Shown here: piece by piece, positions 18,038-27,271 of the stretch
How positions within the stretch are numbered: position 1 is the first letter of the stretch
How the letters are laid out: every line of letters begins with the position of its first letter
NCBI GenBank assembly: GCA_948677005.1
Contig: CAPPAP010000003.1
Coordinates: 89,532-153,531 of the forward strand
Reading direction: 5' to 3'
Length of the DNA stretch: 64,000 nucleotides
Origin: Christensenellaceae bacterium
GTDB taxonomy: Bacteria; Bacillota; Clostridia; Christensenellales; Borkfalkiaceae
The notes under the pieces: model-generated
The model's database searches: none
What the model was told of the DNA's origin: nothing
What the model saw: only the letters and a program-made list of their open reading frames with translations
Translations under genes and position numbers: made by a program

Positions 18038-19474
18038 TTAAACGTTTTCTGAATAATACCCGCACGCAAACAGCCAAAGCGCGTCCTGCTTTGCAAAGTA
18101 TCCCATATCCTCGGGCGTGCCCTCCGCAGTGCCCGCGCTGTCGGTGTAAAGCGAATGCTTGCTTGCAAACATCTGCAAAAATTCCTTAAGCTCCTGCGTC
18201 ACATAGCAAACGCCGTCCGTGTTCGTCTTTCCGTTATAATCGGTGCGTATAAACAGCGTATAATCGAAGGTCGCATACTTATTTTCTTCCTCAACCCAGC
18301 ATTTCGCCAGCTGCAAATAATTAAAGCAAACATCCGGCAAGCCCACTTCATTCGCTTCGTAAAGCGAGGTCACGCTGTAGCAAGGCACCTTTTTCCTAAT
18401 CACACAGCACAGTATCGGTCCGAAGCCCGCGCCGTACTCGTAAGGGTCGTCTGCGTAAAGCTGTTCGTCATAGCGGTGATAGAAGCCCGTGTCCTCGCAA
18501 TACGCATAGTTCGCCATATCGAATACCTTTGTACCCAAATCTGCGTAAACAAAGGTCTCGTTCGCCTGCTTTTCCGCCGCCTTTATCTTCGCTTCCTTGG
18601 CGCGGATAACTCTCACGTCCGAATAATCGCTTTCGTATTCGCCCTCGTAGGTAATCGCAAAATCGATATAAACGGGGTAATCCGTATTTTTGCAATCCGC
18701 TGTTACCGCAATGGTAAACGAGTTGCCCACCTCGGACTTATCCACCTTGCACTCGTAGCGGAAGTTCTTCGTAAACCCGCCCGAAAGCGCAAAGCCTCCG
18801 CCGTCAAGCGTCTGCGGATTGTATTTATACGCATGGCTGCCGGAATAGGTAATAAGCACGGGATTAATTTCGTCCTCGTATGCGTTCACCCACGAGGTAA
18901 CGGAATAATATCCGGACATTGTCGGCGTGTATTCATAATAAACCTTTTCGCCGTCATAGCCGATATTTGCGCGATATGTGCCGTCGTATTTAAGCACGTA
19001 GCAGCCTTCGCTCAGGTAAAGCCCCTTGCCGTCGCCGCTTTCGGGCTTCCTTATCGTGGTCAGCAGTATCATAACCTTGCGGCTTTCGTCCGTCGCCTTG
19101 TACGCGCTCGGATTATAGGTGTAGTTAGAAGGCAAGCCTTCCAGATAAACGCCGTAATCCCCGTCCAGCTCGCCCGCGTCCGCCTTTCCGTTCGCGCCCA
19201 GCGGCACCCTCTTCACGTTACTGTCGTTCCGCCATACAACGTTTATATCCCTGTCGCCCGGCTCGAACAGCTTATTGTTCAGATATACCGATACGGTATA
19301 ATGATTATTATCCGGCTCCTCGGGCTTATCGGGGTTATCGGGGTTATCCGGCTCGTTGATTGAAGGCGGCGGCTTGGGCTTTCCGTTGGTAACAAAGCTC
19401 CCCAGCCCGCAGCCGGAAAAAAGCGTAACCGTACACAGTGCGGCAATCATCAAGGTCAATAATTTCTTCCTCAT
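18038..19474 (-). CDS. lipoprotein of unknown function
   Basis: Start chosen at MRKKLLTLMIAALCTVTLFSGC (lipobox), preceded by AGGAGG. It overlaps the stop of the upstream vWA gene by 4 nt. A Pro/Asp/Asn-rich linker (PDNPDNPDKPEEPDNN) precedes a globular region. Confidence 0.75.
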   Translation of the reverse strand: MRKKLLTLMIAALCTVTLFSGCGLGSFVTNGKPKPPPSINEPDNPDNPDKPEEPDNNHYTVSVYLNNKLFEPGDRDINVVWRNDSNVKRVPLGANGKADAGELDGDYGVYLEGLPSNYTYNPSAYKATDESRKVMILLTTIRKPESGDGKGLYLSEGCYVLKYDGTYRANIGYDGEKVYYEYTPTMSGYYSVTSWVNAYEDEINPVLITYSGSHAYKYNPQTLDGGGFALSGGFTKNFRYECKVDKSEVGNSFTIAVTADCKNTDYPVYIDFAITYEGEYESDYSDVRVIRAKEAKIKAAEKQANETFVYADLGTKVFDMANYAYCEDTGFYHRYDEQLYADDPYEYGAGFGPILCCVIRKKVPCYSVTSLYEANEVGLPDVCFNYLQLAKCWVEEENKYATFDYTLFIRTDYNGKTNTDGVCYVTQELKEFLQMFASKHSLYTDSAGTAEGTPEDMGYFAKQDALWLFACGYYSENV

Positions 19475-22164
19475 TTCCGCCTCCTGAATATTCCGCCGAA
19501 GAAGGAGGTAACGTCCTTCCATTTAAGCTGTCTTATAATAATATCCGCCATAAGCAGCACCGCGCACACAATCATAAGCGGCAGTGTAAAGCTGAAGGTA
19601 AACGTAGAGTATTCCGAATCGGTATTTTCAAGCTTGTCAATCTCGTCAAGCTCCAAAATTCTTCCGTTACTGCTAAGCAGCCTGTACAGATAAGAGCGGC
19701 TGTAAGTGGTAAAGCTGTCGTATTCGGCGTAATAGGATACCGAAAATTCCTTATCCGCCTCATAAACAAGCCCGTTCCTTTCGTATACAAGGTGCAGTCT
19801 GTAAACACCGGGCGCGTCTGTCGCAAAGCTCGCAAAATACTCGCTGGAATCATACGCAAGCGTCTTTTCGGTCACAAGCCCGTTCGGGTCTGTCAGCGTC
19901 GCCTTGAAGGAGGTACTGCTCGACAGCGAGGTCGGCGTCTGCACGCTTACCGTGGTAGCGTTGCCCTTTCCGCTCACCTCTACAATAAACGGCGTTGTAA
20001 CCCGCTCTGTCGGCAGCGCCGCGTCGGGTATATTCGCAAGGAATTTTCCCCCCTCGGTGCCCGCCGACCAGCCGCCCGCCCAGTCGGACGCTATGTCGGA
20101 CATAAACGAAACAACCTTGCCCCTTCCGCCGCCGTTCCAGTACGCATAAAGCGGAACGTCGAACGAGGTAATGTTGTCGCGGTAGTATTTCGCAGTCAGA
20201 ACAACCGTCGACTTCGTCTTTGCCGCGTTGTACCAAAAGCCGTCAACCGCGCCCAAATCTCCCACGCCGCGCAAAGCCTCGTCGTCGGGCTTGCGCACGC
20301 TCACGCCGTAAAGCTTGTCGGGCTCGTCTATGCGCACCTGCTTCTGCTCCTCGCCTATATCCTTCATAATCACGTCGATTTCACTCTCGTGCTTTATGTT
20401 CTTATAAAAGGCGTCGCCGCTCTCGTTGCCGTTATATATCATTTCGCTCAAAAACGCGCCGTCCTCCGCCTGCGGATAAATCCCCAAAGCAGATACGGTA
20501 ATGCGCTCTCTGCACATTTCAACCGTGCGCAGCTTCGCCGCCGACTTATCCGCAGCTGAGCAAAGCCCGTCCGATATAACTATAACCTGTCTGTCCTGAT
20601 ACCTTGTCGGCAGCTTGGAATAGGTATGCTCCAACGCCCCCGCAAGACTTGTGCCGTTTTCAGGCTGCTTGGCGTCTATCTTTTCTATAACAACCTTTCT
20701 CGCCGTCAGATGCGTCGCGGGCATAAACTCGTCTATCACGCGCGAAAAGCCGACAACCATAACGGTGTCGCTGTTGTTCAGCACGTTCAAAAGCTCCACC
20801 GCCGCCCTCTTGGCAACGCTCATTCGGCTGCTGAAATCCATACTCAGCGAAATATCCAGCACAATCGCAACCAGCCTTTTATACTGGTCGTAGTTGCCCA
20901 CCCTCACGGGCAGCAAATCGGACAGCCTTTTCAAAACGGAGTTCGCCTCGTCGGGGTCGTCCTCCTGTATAAAGGTGTTGCCGTAGGTCGTCAGCGTCTT
21001 TCCGTAATCGTTTACAAGGGTTGTAAGGCTCGTCATAAACGCATTGCTTGCCCTTACCGTGCGCACGTCGAAGTTGCTTAAAACAATTTCGTCATAGCCG
21101 CACATATCCTCCACCGTCACGGGCACCTGCTTCACGTCGCTTATATAGCTTACGTCCTTCTCGCCGTAAATTCTTCTGCCCGCCGCCAAATCCGCAGCCG
21201 AGCCGCCCAAAAACAGCACCTTGCGCTCGTTGGTCACCTTCTGCGTAAAATAGCAAACGTTGTTATACGGCGAAAAATCTCCGTCCGGCTCCGCCGCCTC
21301 AACCTTCAGCTCGTAATCGAAGGTGCCCTCCTCATCGGTGTAAAGCGGCAGCGTAACCACGTTCAGCCCGCTGTAAAAGCTTACGGGCTTCTTTTCCGCA
21401 AGCACGCCGTTTTTATACAGCGTAACATATCCGTCCGTGCGCTCCAAAGTCTTTCCGTCAACGTCAACGCCGCAGTTCGCGCGTATAAGCACGCTTACCT
21501 CCTCCTCCTTATTCAGGTAGGTAGACTGCGTAGCCTCGGCGGAATCAATCTGCAATTCCCTCGCGTCCTCGGTCATGTTGTCGTCCACGTAAACGGCGTC
21601 CACATAAACGCCGCCGTCGTTCAGCGCGCTTATTACCTTTACAATATTGTTGGAGGAAACCGTCTCAACGCCGTCCGTCACTACGACAATGCGCTTTATA
21701 ACCCCGTCGTCGAATATATTTCCCGCATACCGCAGGGCAGAGCCTATATCGGTCGCGCTTCTGTCAACCTTGTCTGCCTTGCTTATGTCGGGCACGCTCT
21801 CGCCAAGCTCCGACAACAGCTGATAGTTTCTGGCAAAGCATATTACGCCCATTTTTGAATTTTTGGGCAGTCTTTTCGCAACTCCTTCAACCTTTTCCTG
21901 AACGTCCTCTATGTTATGCTCCGCGGAATAGGATATATCCGCCAGAACGTAAACCTGAGTATCGGTAACAACCTTTTCAAACGCCATTCCGCTAATCGCA
22001 AGCGTAATGCATATGCATATGACGATATGCAAAGAAACCGAGGTAATGTTATGAAAATTCGCGTTGTCCCTTTTAACGGTGATAAAAAACGGCACAAGCA
22101 CAACCGCAATAAGCGGCAGTGCGATAAACAACAGCCAGGGATTATCGAAGCTGATATTGCTCAT
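19471..22164 (-). CDS. membrane-anchored protein with two vWA domains (BatB-like)
   Basis: N-terminal double-TM segment FDNPWLLFIALPLIAVVLVPFFI. vWA MIDAS-type starts VYVLADISYSAE and LVAIVLDISLSMD. A C-terminal TM is present. Confidence 0.8.
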   Translation of the reverse strand: MSNISFDNPWLLFIALPLIAVVLVPFFITVKRDNANFHNITSVSLHIVICICITLAISGMAFEKVVTDTQVYVLADISYSAEHNIEDVQEKVEGVAKRLPKNSKMGVICFARNYQLLSELGESVPDISKADKVDRSATDIGSALRYAGNIFDDGVIKRIVVVTDGVETVSSNNIVKVISALNDGGVYVDAVYVDDNMTEDARELQIDSAEATQSTYLNKEEEVSVLIRANCGVDVDGKTLERTDGYVTLYKNGVLAEKKPVSFYSGLNVVTLPLYTDEEGTFDYELKVEAAEPDGDFSPYNNVCYFTQKVTNERKVLFLGGSAADLAAGRRIYGEKDVSYISDVKQVPVTVEDMCGYDEIVLSNFDVRTVRASNAFMTSLTTLVNDYGKTLTTYGNTFIQEDDPDEANSVLKRLSDLLPVRVGNYDQYKRLVAIVLDISLSMDFSSRMSVAKRAAVELLNVLNNSDTVMVVGFSRVIDEFMPATHLTARKVVIEKIDAKQPENGTSLAGALEHTYSKLPTRYQDRQVIVISDGLCSAADKSAAKLRTVEMCRERITVSALGIYPQAEDGAFLSEMIYNGNESGDAFYKNIKHESEIDVIMKDIGEEQKQVRIDEPDKLYGVSVRKPDDEALRGVGDLGAVDGFWYNAAKTKSTVVLTAKYYRDNITSFDVPLYAYWNGGGRGKVVSFMSDIASDWAGGWSAGTEGGKFLANIPDAALPTERVTTPFIVEVSGKGNATTVSVQTPTSLSSSTSFKATLTDPNGLVTEKTLAYDSSEYFASFATDAPGVYRLHLVYERNGLVYEADKEFSVSYYAEYDSFTTYSRSYLYRLLSSNGRILELDEIDKLENTDSEYSTFTFSFTLPLMIVCAVLLMADIIIRQLKWKDVTSFFGGIFRRRK

Positions 22165-24031
22165 AGCAGTATACCCCCCAATCCGCCAGCAACAGAACGG
22201 CTATCGCTATAAAAAAGAACAGCAGCTCATCGTAAAACCCGTCGGAATATTCAAATTCCCTTTCCCCGCTCAAAAACAGCGAGCCCCCTCCCTCGGAACG
22301 GCTCTCCTCCTCGGGCACGCACGCAAACGAGCACAGCACGGTATCCTCCGCGCCGTAAAGCTTAACGGTTATAGTATAGGTGCCCGTTTCTGTCAGCTGT
22401 ACGCTGCAAATATCGTTGCCCATGGTATCCAAAGTAGTGCTCTTGCCGGAAGGGCTCTGCACCACAATGCTCTCGCAGTTGGGCACAACGTTCACGTTCA
22501 TAACGTCCCCGCAGCGGTACGCAGTGTCGTCTATAACCGCGGGGAAAAGATAATTCATAAGATTTCTTACAAGTATAAGAAAATCGTCCGTCAGTCCTAA
22601 GCTCGAATCGCCTATACGGAACGCGAAAACCACCTGTCTGTCGCTGTTTTCGTTAAGCCCCGCAGAAATCAGCGCGTCGCCGTTCTGGGTCATAAGCGTA
22701 TAAAACCCGCGCGGCACGCCGTACTTCGCATATTTTCTAACGGCAATATCCCTGCCGGAAACGTCCTGCATAAGCAGCTTTTCCTGTGCGGAGCCGCCCT
22801 TGTTGTACTGCGGCACAAAGTAGCTTGCGGGCCCTTCGGTATCCCTCGGCTCCTCATAGTCCCTGAATGTCACGCCGGAGCCCTTTCCGCTTCCGTCAAC
22901 CGCGTCGATAAGCCACACCGCCGCATTTTTGGGCAGCGTCGCGGGCGCAAATCCGTTGAAAACGTACAGCCCGTAGCCCTTAACCGCCTCGGTATCGTAA
23001 TCCCTTGTGCTCATCATTTCAACGGACGCCTTGCCCGCGCCGGAAATTGCGTTCTTTATATAAATTCTGTCCTGCAAATCGCTTACGATAAGCACCCTTC
23101 TCGACTGGGTTTTCGCCTCGTCGTACAAAACCACGGTATTGTCCTCGCCAAGCGCGTCCGCGTCCGCAATTTTAAGCTGTAAGCTCGCATACCGCGCAAG
23201 CTCCGCGTCTATTTCAAACTCCGTCGGCTCGCCCTGCCTTGCGTTCACCTTTGCCTCAGCCGCCTTAACGGGCTCGCCGCCCAGCTCAGCGGTATAATAC
23301 AGCTCCACCGTCAAGTCCGCGTCGCCGCTGTAAGAAATAACCTTACCCGTGCCCGCCACGCCGTTAACGGTGCGCCTGTACCCGTATTCGGCAAAAGCGT
23401 AGTTGCTTTCCCCCGCAGATACGTCTATAAGCTGCATATTGCCTACCTCGTACGGCTTGTCGGATACAAGATAAATGACCGCCGAGCGGTTGTTATCGAA
23501 GTATTCCTGCGCAATTCCCATCGCGGAAGAGCATTCCGCCACGCTCCAGCCCGCGCTCAGCGCGTCCACGTTCGCCTTAGCCTGCTCCTTGTCGGTCACG
23601 CCCTCGAACGCCACGCCCGCGGTATCCCTTACAAATACAAGCGAGTACGAGCTTCCGCTTAAAGACCCGTCTATAATTTCGTTAATCCGCTGCTGCGCCC
23701 TTTCAAAGCGTGTAGACCCGTCCTGCTGCATATTCATGCTTGCCGAGCCGTCAAGGATAAAATAAATATCGTTTGCCGAAGCGGGCATGGTAAACACGGG
23801 GTGCGCAATAAGCAGCGACACCGCCGCAACCGCCAAAATCTGCAATATAAGCGTAACTATACCCGTCAGCTTTGATACGGGCTTTCTTTTTTTAAGGAAT
23901 TTCTCACTCAGCTCCCACAAATAAGTGGAGGCTATTGTCTGTTCGGTGTATTTGGACTTGATTATGTAAATTAAAATGAGTACGGGTATACCCAAAAGTC
24001 CCAGTAAGCCGAGAGGAAAATAAAAACTCAC
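22142..24031 (-). CDS. BatA-like membrane protein with a vWA domain
   Basis: Aerotolerance-regulator-type N-terminal double-TM MSFYFPLGLLGLLGIPVLILIYIIKSK. vWA start IYFILDGSASMN. A C-terminal TM is present. It overlaps the neighbouring genes. Confidence 0.8.
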   Translation of the reverse strand: MSFYFPLGLLGLLGIPVLILIYIIKSKYTEQTIASTYLWELSEKFLKKRKPVSKLTGIVTLILQILAVAAVSLLIAHPVFTMPASANDIYFILDGSASMNMQQDGSTRFERAQQRINEIIDGSLSGSSYSLVFVRDTAGVAFEGVTDKEQAKANVDALSAGWSVAECSSAMGIAQEYFDNNRSAVIYLVSDKPYEVGNMQLIDVSAGESNYAFAEYGYRRTVNGVAGTGKVISYSGDADLTVELYYTAELGGEPVKAAEAKVNARQGEPTEFEIDAELARYASLQLKIADADALGEDNTVVLYDEAKTQSRRVLIVSDLQDRIYIKNAISGAGKASVEMMSTRDYDTEAVKGYGLYVFNGFAPATLPKNAAVWLIDAVDGSGKGSGVTFRDYEEPRDTEGPASYFVPQYNKGGSAQEKLLMQDVSGRDIAVRKYAKYGVPRGFYTLMTQNGDALISAGLNENSDRQVVFAFRIGDSSLGLTDDFLILVRNLMNYLFPAVIDDTAYRCGDVMNVNVVPNCESIVVQSPSGKSTTLDTMGNDICSVQLTETGTYTITVKLYGAEDTVLCSFACVPEEESRSEGGGSLFLSGEREFEYSDGFYDELLFFFIAIAVLLLADWGVYCYEQYQLR

Positions 24032-24912
24032 TTCATCACCCCCAGCTGCGTCAGCTGTTCAAAGAAAAACTCGTCCACGGGCTTGTCGTCACTAACAAGC
24101 GCGTATTCCGCGCCCCTCGCGTTGCAGTAATTCCGCAATCTGTCCTGAACGTACTTAACCGCCTCGCGATACGCCTTTATAATGTCCCTGTTAATGTTCT
24201 TGCGATAGCTCTTTTCGGGGCTTTCACTGTCGTAAAAAATGTTTTTGCCGCGCACCTTAGGGTTTATTTCCTCTGCGGAAAGCACCTGCACGCACATAAG
24301 GTCGCGCTTTTTGTCGGCAAGATAGTCTATCGCGCTTTCGTAATCGTTATCTGTCAAAAAATCGGAAATTATCACCGACATTCCGTCGCCGTAGCCCACG
24401 CGGGTCGGCAGTATTCCCTCGGAAATAAAGCACCCGCCGCCGAATTCTATGTCGTTCAGCTTGGTAATTTCCGCAAAATACCTCTCTCTGCCGGAAATGC
24501 AGGAAATAACCTCGTTCACCTCGCTGTCGCGGATAGTGTATACCGAAACTCTGTCCAGCTCGGTTACGGACAGGTACGCAAGCGTCGCGGCAATCTGCAA
24601 CGCCGTTTCCGCCTTTTTTCCGTCGCCGTAGGCCATTGATTGGCTTATGTCGATATAAATTTTGGTATGAAGCTGTCTTTCGTCCAGATAAAGCTTTAAA
24701 TAAAGCGTCTCGAAGCGGGCGTAAGCGTTCCAGTCAATTTTGGTTATGTCGTCGCCGGGGATATAATTTCTGTAATCGGCAAATTCGCAGGACGACCCGA
24801 ACGTTCTGCTCTTATGATTTCCGCCGAAAAGACCGGCTATATTGTTTTTGAGTACCGTTTGCAGCATTTCCACGCGCTGCAAAAATACCTCGTTGATTGC
24901 AAGCTTGCCCAT
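24028..24912 (-). CDS. DUF58-family protein (MoxR partner)
   Basis: Motif FADYRNYIPGDDITKIDWNAYAR is typical of DUF58. Located immediately downstream of MoxR. Confidence 0.85.
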   Translation of the reverse strand: MGKLAINEVFLQRVEMLQTVLKNNIAGLFGGNHKSRTFGSSCEFADYRNYIPGDDITKIDWNAYARFETLYLKLYLDERQLHTKIYIDISQSMAYGDGKKAETALQIAATLAYLSVTELDRVSVYTIRDSEVNEVISCISGRERYFAEITKLNDIEFGGGCFISEGILPTRVGYGDGMSVIISDFLTDNDYESAIDYLADKKRDLMCVQVLSAEEINPKVRGKNIFYDSESPEKSYRKNINRDIIKAYREAVKYVQDRLRNYCNARGAEYALVSDDKPVDEFFFEQLTQLGVMK

Positions 24913-24937
24913 TAATCTGCCCTTTTAAATTTCAAAA

Positions 24938-26074
24938 TCAGTTCTTTTTTCCGAATTTCTTCTTCTTTTTAACGTCGCCGCTTTCCGCCGCAACGCCGTC
25001 CGCAACCGCGCTCTCCGCGTCCACAGTATCCGTCACAACCGCCGCGGGCTTTTCCGCGTCCGCGTCCAGCTTGCCCGTGCCCTTTTCCTTTGCGTTTTCC
25101 GCAATAAGCCTTGCAATAACGTCGTCCACGGTCAGCCTTTCGTTTATAGCCGTGTAATTTATCTTCATTCTGTGTCTTAAAACGGGATAGGCAAGCGCGT
25201 CTATATCCCCGTATGCAACGTTATACCTTCCGTCAATCAGCGCGCGGACCTTCGCCGCCGTAATCAGCGCCTGACCCGCGCGCGGCGAGCAGCCGTATTT
25301 AACGTACTTTTTCGCCGTCTCCCCGCTGTCGCCAAGCTCGGGGTGAGTGCGCGCCACAAGCCTCATTGCATAATAAAGCACGTCGGGCGCCACGGGCACG
25401 GTCTTTGCCAGCTCGCGCATTTCAAGAATGGTCGCTCCGTCCACAACCGAGTCCGCCGTCTCCTCCATGGTAATCTGCGTCATGCTTACAATGTCCGCAA
25501 GCTCCTTGACGGAGGGGAAGCCCACAAGCAGCTTAAACATAAAACGGTCCATCTGCGCCTCGGGCAACGGATAGGTACCGTCCTGCTCTATGGGGTTCTG
25601 CGTAGCAAGCACAAAAAACGGCTCGGCAATGGAATAGGTCTTGTTTGCAACGGTCACTCTGTGCTCCTGCATAACCTCCAGCATCGCCGACTGTGTTTTG
25701 GGCGTCGCGCGGTTAATTTCGTCCGCAAGCACAAGGTTCGCAAAAATAGGCCCCTTCTGAAAGACCGTATTCATTCTGCCGTCCGCGTCCTTTTCTATAA
25801 TGTTCGTGCCCGTCACGTCGGAGGGCATAAGGTCGGGAGTAAACTGAATACGCGAAAACGGCAGCTTTAACGTCTTGCCCAATGTGCGCACAAGCCTTGT
25901 CTTGCCAACGCCGGGCACGCCCTCCAAAAGCACGTTGCCGCCCGCAATAATAGCGATTATCACGTTATTGACAATGTCGTCCTGACCAACTAAGTCTTTT
26001 TTGATTTCTTCCTTGATTTTTGCAACCGAGCGGCTGAAATTTTCCGCCTGCGCCTTGTTATCCATATTTCGCAA
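24938..26074 (-). CDS. MoxR-family AAA+ ATPase with a low-complexity Ala/Asp/Lys-rich C-terminal tail
   Basis: Walker A GVPGVGKT, Walker B LADEINRA and the MoxR signature ATQNPIEQDGTYPLPEAQMDRF. Confidence 0.9.
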   Translation of the reverse strand: MRNMDNKAQAENFSRSVAKIKEEIKKDLVGQDDIVNNVIIAIIAGGNVLLEGVPGVGKTRLVRTLGKTLKLPFSRIQFTPDLMPSDVTGTNIIEKDADGRMNTVFQKGPIFANLVLADEINRATPKTQSAMLEVMQEHRVTVANKTYSIAEPFFVLATQNPIEQDGTYPLPEAQMDRFMFKLLVGFPSVKELADIVSMTQITMEETADSVVDGATILEMRELAKTVPVAPDVLYYAMRLVARTHPELGDSGETAKKYVKYGCSPRAGQALITAAKVRALIDGRYNVAYGDIDALAYPVLRHRMKINYTAINERLTVDDVIARLIAENAKEKGTGKLDADAEKPAAVVTDTVDAESAVADGVAAESGDVKKKKKFGKKN

Positions 26075-26082
26075 CCTCTTTC

Positions 26083-27171
26083 TTATTCTTTATTACTTAA
26101 ATCGGCAAAGTAGGTAACAATTATGTACTCCCACTCTTCTCTCGATATAGTTCCTTCTTCGAATGCGGCCTGCACGCGCTGATAGTACTCCTCGCGTATC
26201 TCGCCTACCTTGACGTATCCCTTGTCGGGGTCGTAAAACGGAACGTCGTTCACGTCCAGCTCCCAGCCGGAATCCCCGCCCGGCTCATCGGGGTTGTCGG
26301 GGTCCTCCTCTCCGCCGGAGGGGTCGCTGTCGTCGCCGTCCCCTTCACCGTCGGGCTTTTGCAAAGAAAATATCTCGTAAAGCTTGTTAATAACGTACGC
26401 CTCTTCTTCGGAGTTAAGCGTTTTCTGTTCCTCGCTTATGTCCCTGCCGTTCGCGTCCTTCACCACGTTTCTTATGTTGGAAACGGTGTTCTGCACAAAG
26501 GTAAAAAGACCGCTCTGCGACACGCCGTCGGCAAGCACTCCGCGCAAGCCCTCCAATTCCAGCAGCATACCGGTTTTTGTAACCGTATCCGCCTTTTTTG
26601 AAGCTCTTACGTAATTAATCAGCTCGTCAAGCGCCGCCCACTCCCAGTCGGTTACGGGGCGCTTCGGCTCCTCGGGCGGCTCGTCGGTGTTATTCGCCGC
26701 ATACACGGGCGGCACGAATTTCGCCGCAATCGGCGCCGCAATCACGCCCGTCAGGGCAACAACCCCGCACAAAACGGTCGCCGCAACGTTTTTAAACGGC
26801 AAAGCCTTAACCGAAAGCTTTCCAAGCTCCGCGCTCGCGTTTCCGCGCTGCAAATCCAGCATAGCCCCGCCGTGCCCGCCGAACATATACGCCGTCTGCA
26901 CTCTTTCCTCAAGCTTCAGCTCGCTATCCAGCCTCTTCGCGATTTTTTTGTCGTCCGTACGCAGAATAACAAAGGCTATTCCCCCGCCGACGGCAAACCC
27001 GCCCAAGGCAATAAGTATATAAAACAGCCAAAGCAGCTTTATGCCGAAAAGCTTACACGGCACAAGCACTGCGTTCACGGCTATAAATGCCGCCGCAAGC
27101 CCGCAGACAATGCACTTTATAAGTATTTCCAGCCATACCCTTCTTTTGAATTTTTTAAAATTTTCGTCCAT
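26083..27171 (-). CDS. membrane protein with an acidic Asp/Glu/Pro-rich C-terminal region, unknown function
   Basis: Start chosen at MDENFKKF. Three predicted TM segments, then DGEGDGDDSDPSGGEEDPDNPDEPGGD. Immediately upstream of moxR. Confidence 0.7.
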   Translation of the reverse strand: MDENFKKFKRRVWLEILIKCIVCGLAAAFIAVNAVLVPCKLFGIKLLWLFYILIALGGFAVGGGIAFVILRTDDKKIAKRLDSELKLEERVQTAYMFGGHGGAMLDLQRGNASAELGKLSVKALPFKNVAATVLCGVVALTGVIAAPIAAKFVPPVYAANNTDEPPEEPKRPVTDWEWAALDELINYVRASKKADTVTKTGMLLELEGLRGVLADGVSQSGLFTFVQNTVSNIRNVVKDANGRDISEEQKTLNSEEEAYVINKLYEIFSLQKPDGEGDGDDSDPSGGEEDPDNPDEPGGDSGWELDVNDVPFYDPDKGYVKVGEIREEYYQRVQAAFEEGTISREEWEYIIVTYFADLSNKE

Positions 27172-27271
27172 TTTATGCCGTTCCGTCAATTTACTTAAAA
27201 CATACGCACAGCCATTCCGCATTTCCGCGGAATAGCCTGCGCCTCGATGTCTTTTTATTTTTGCTTATCGC

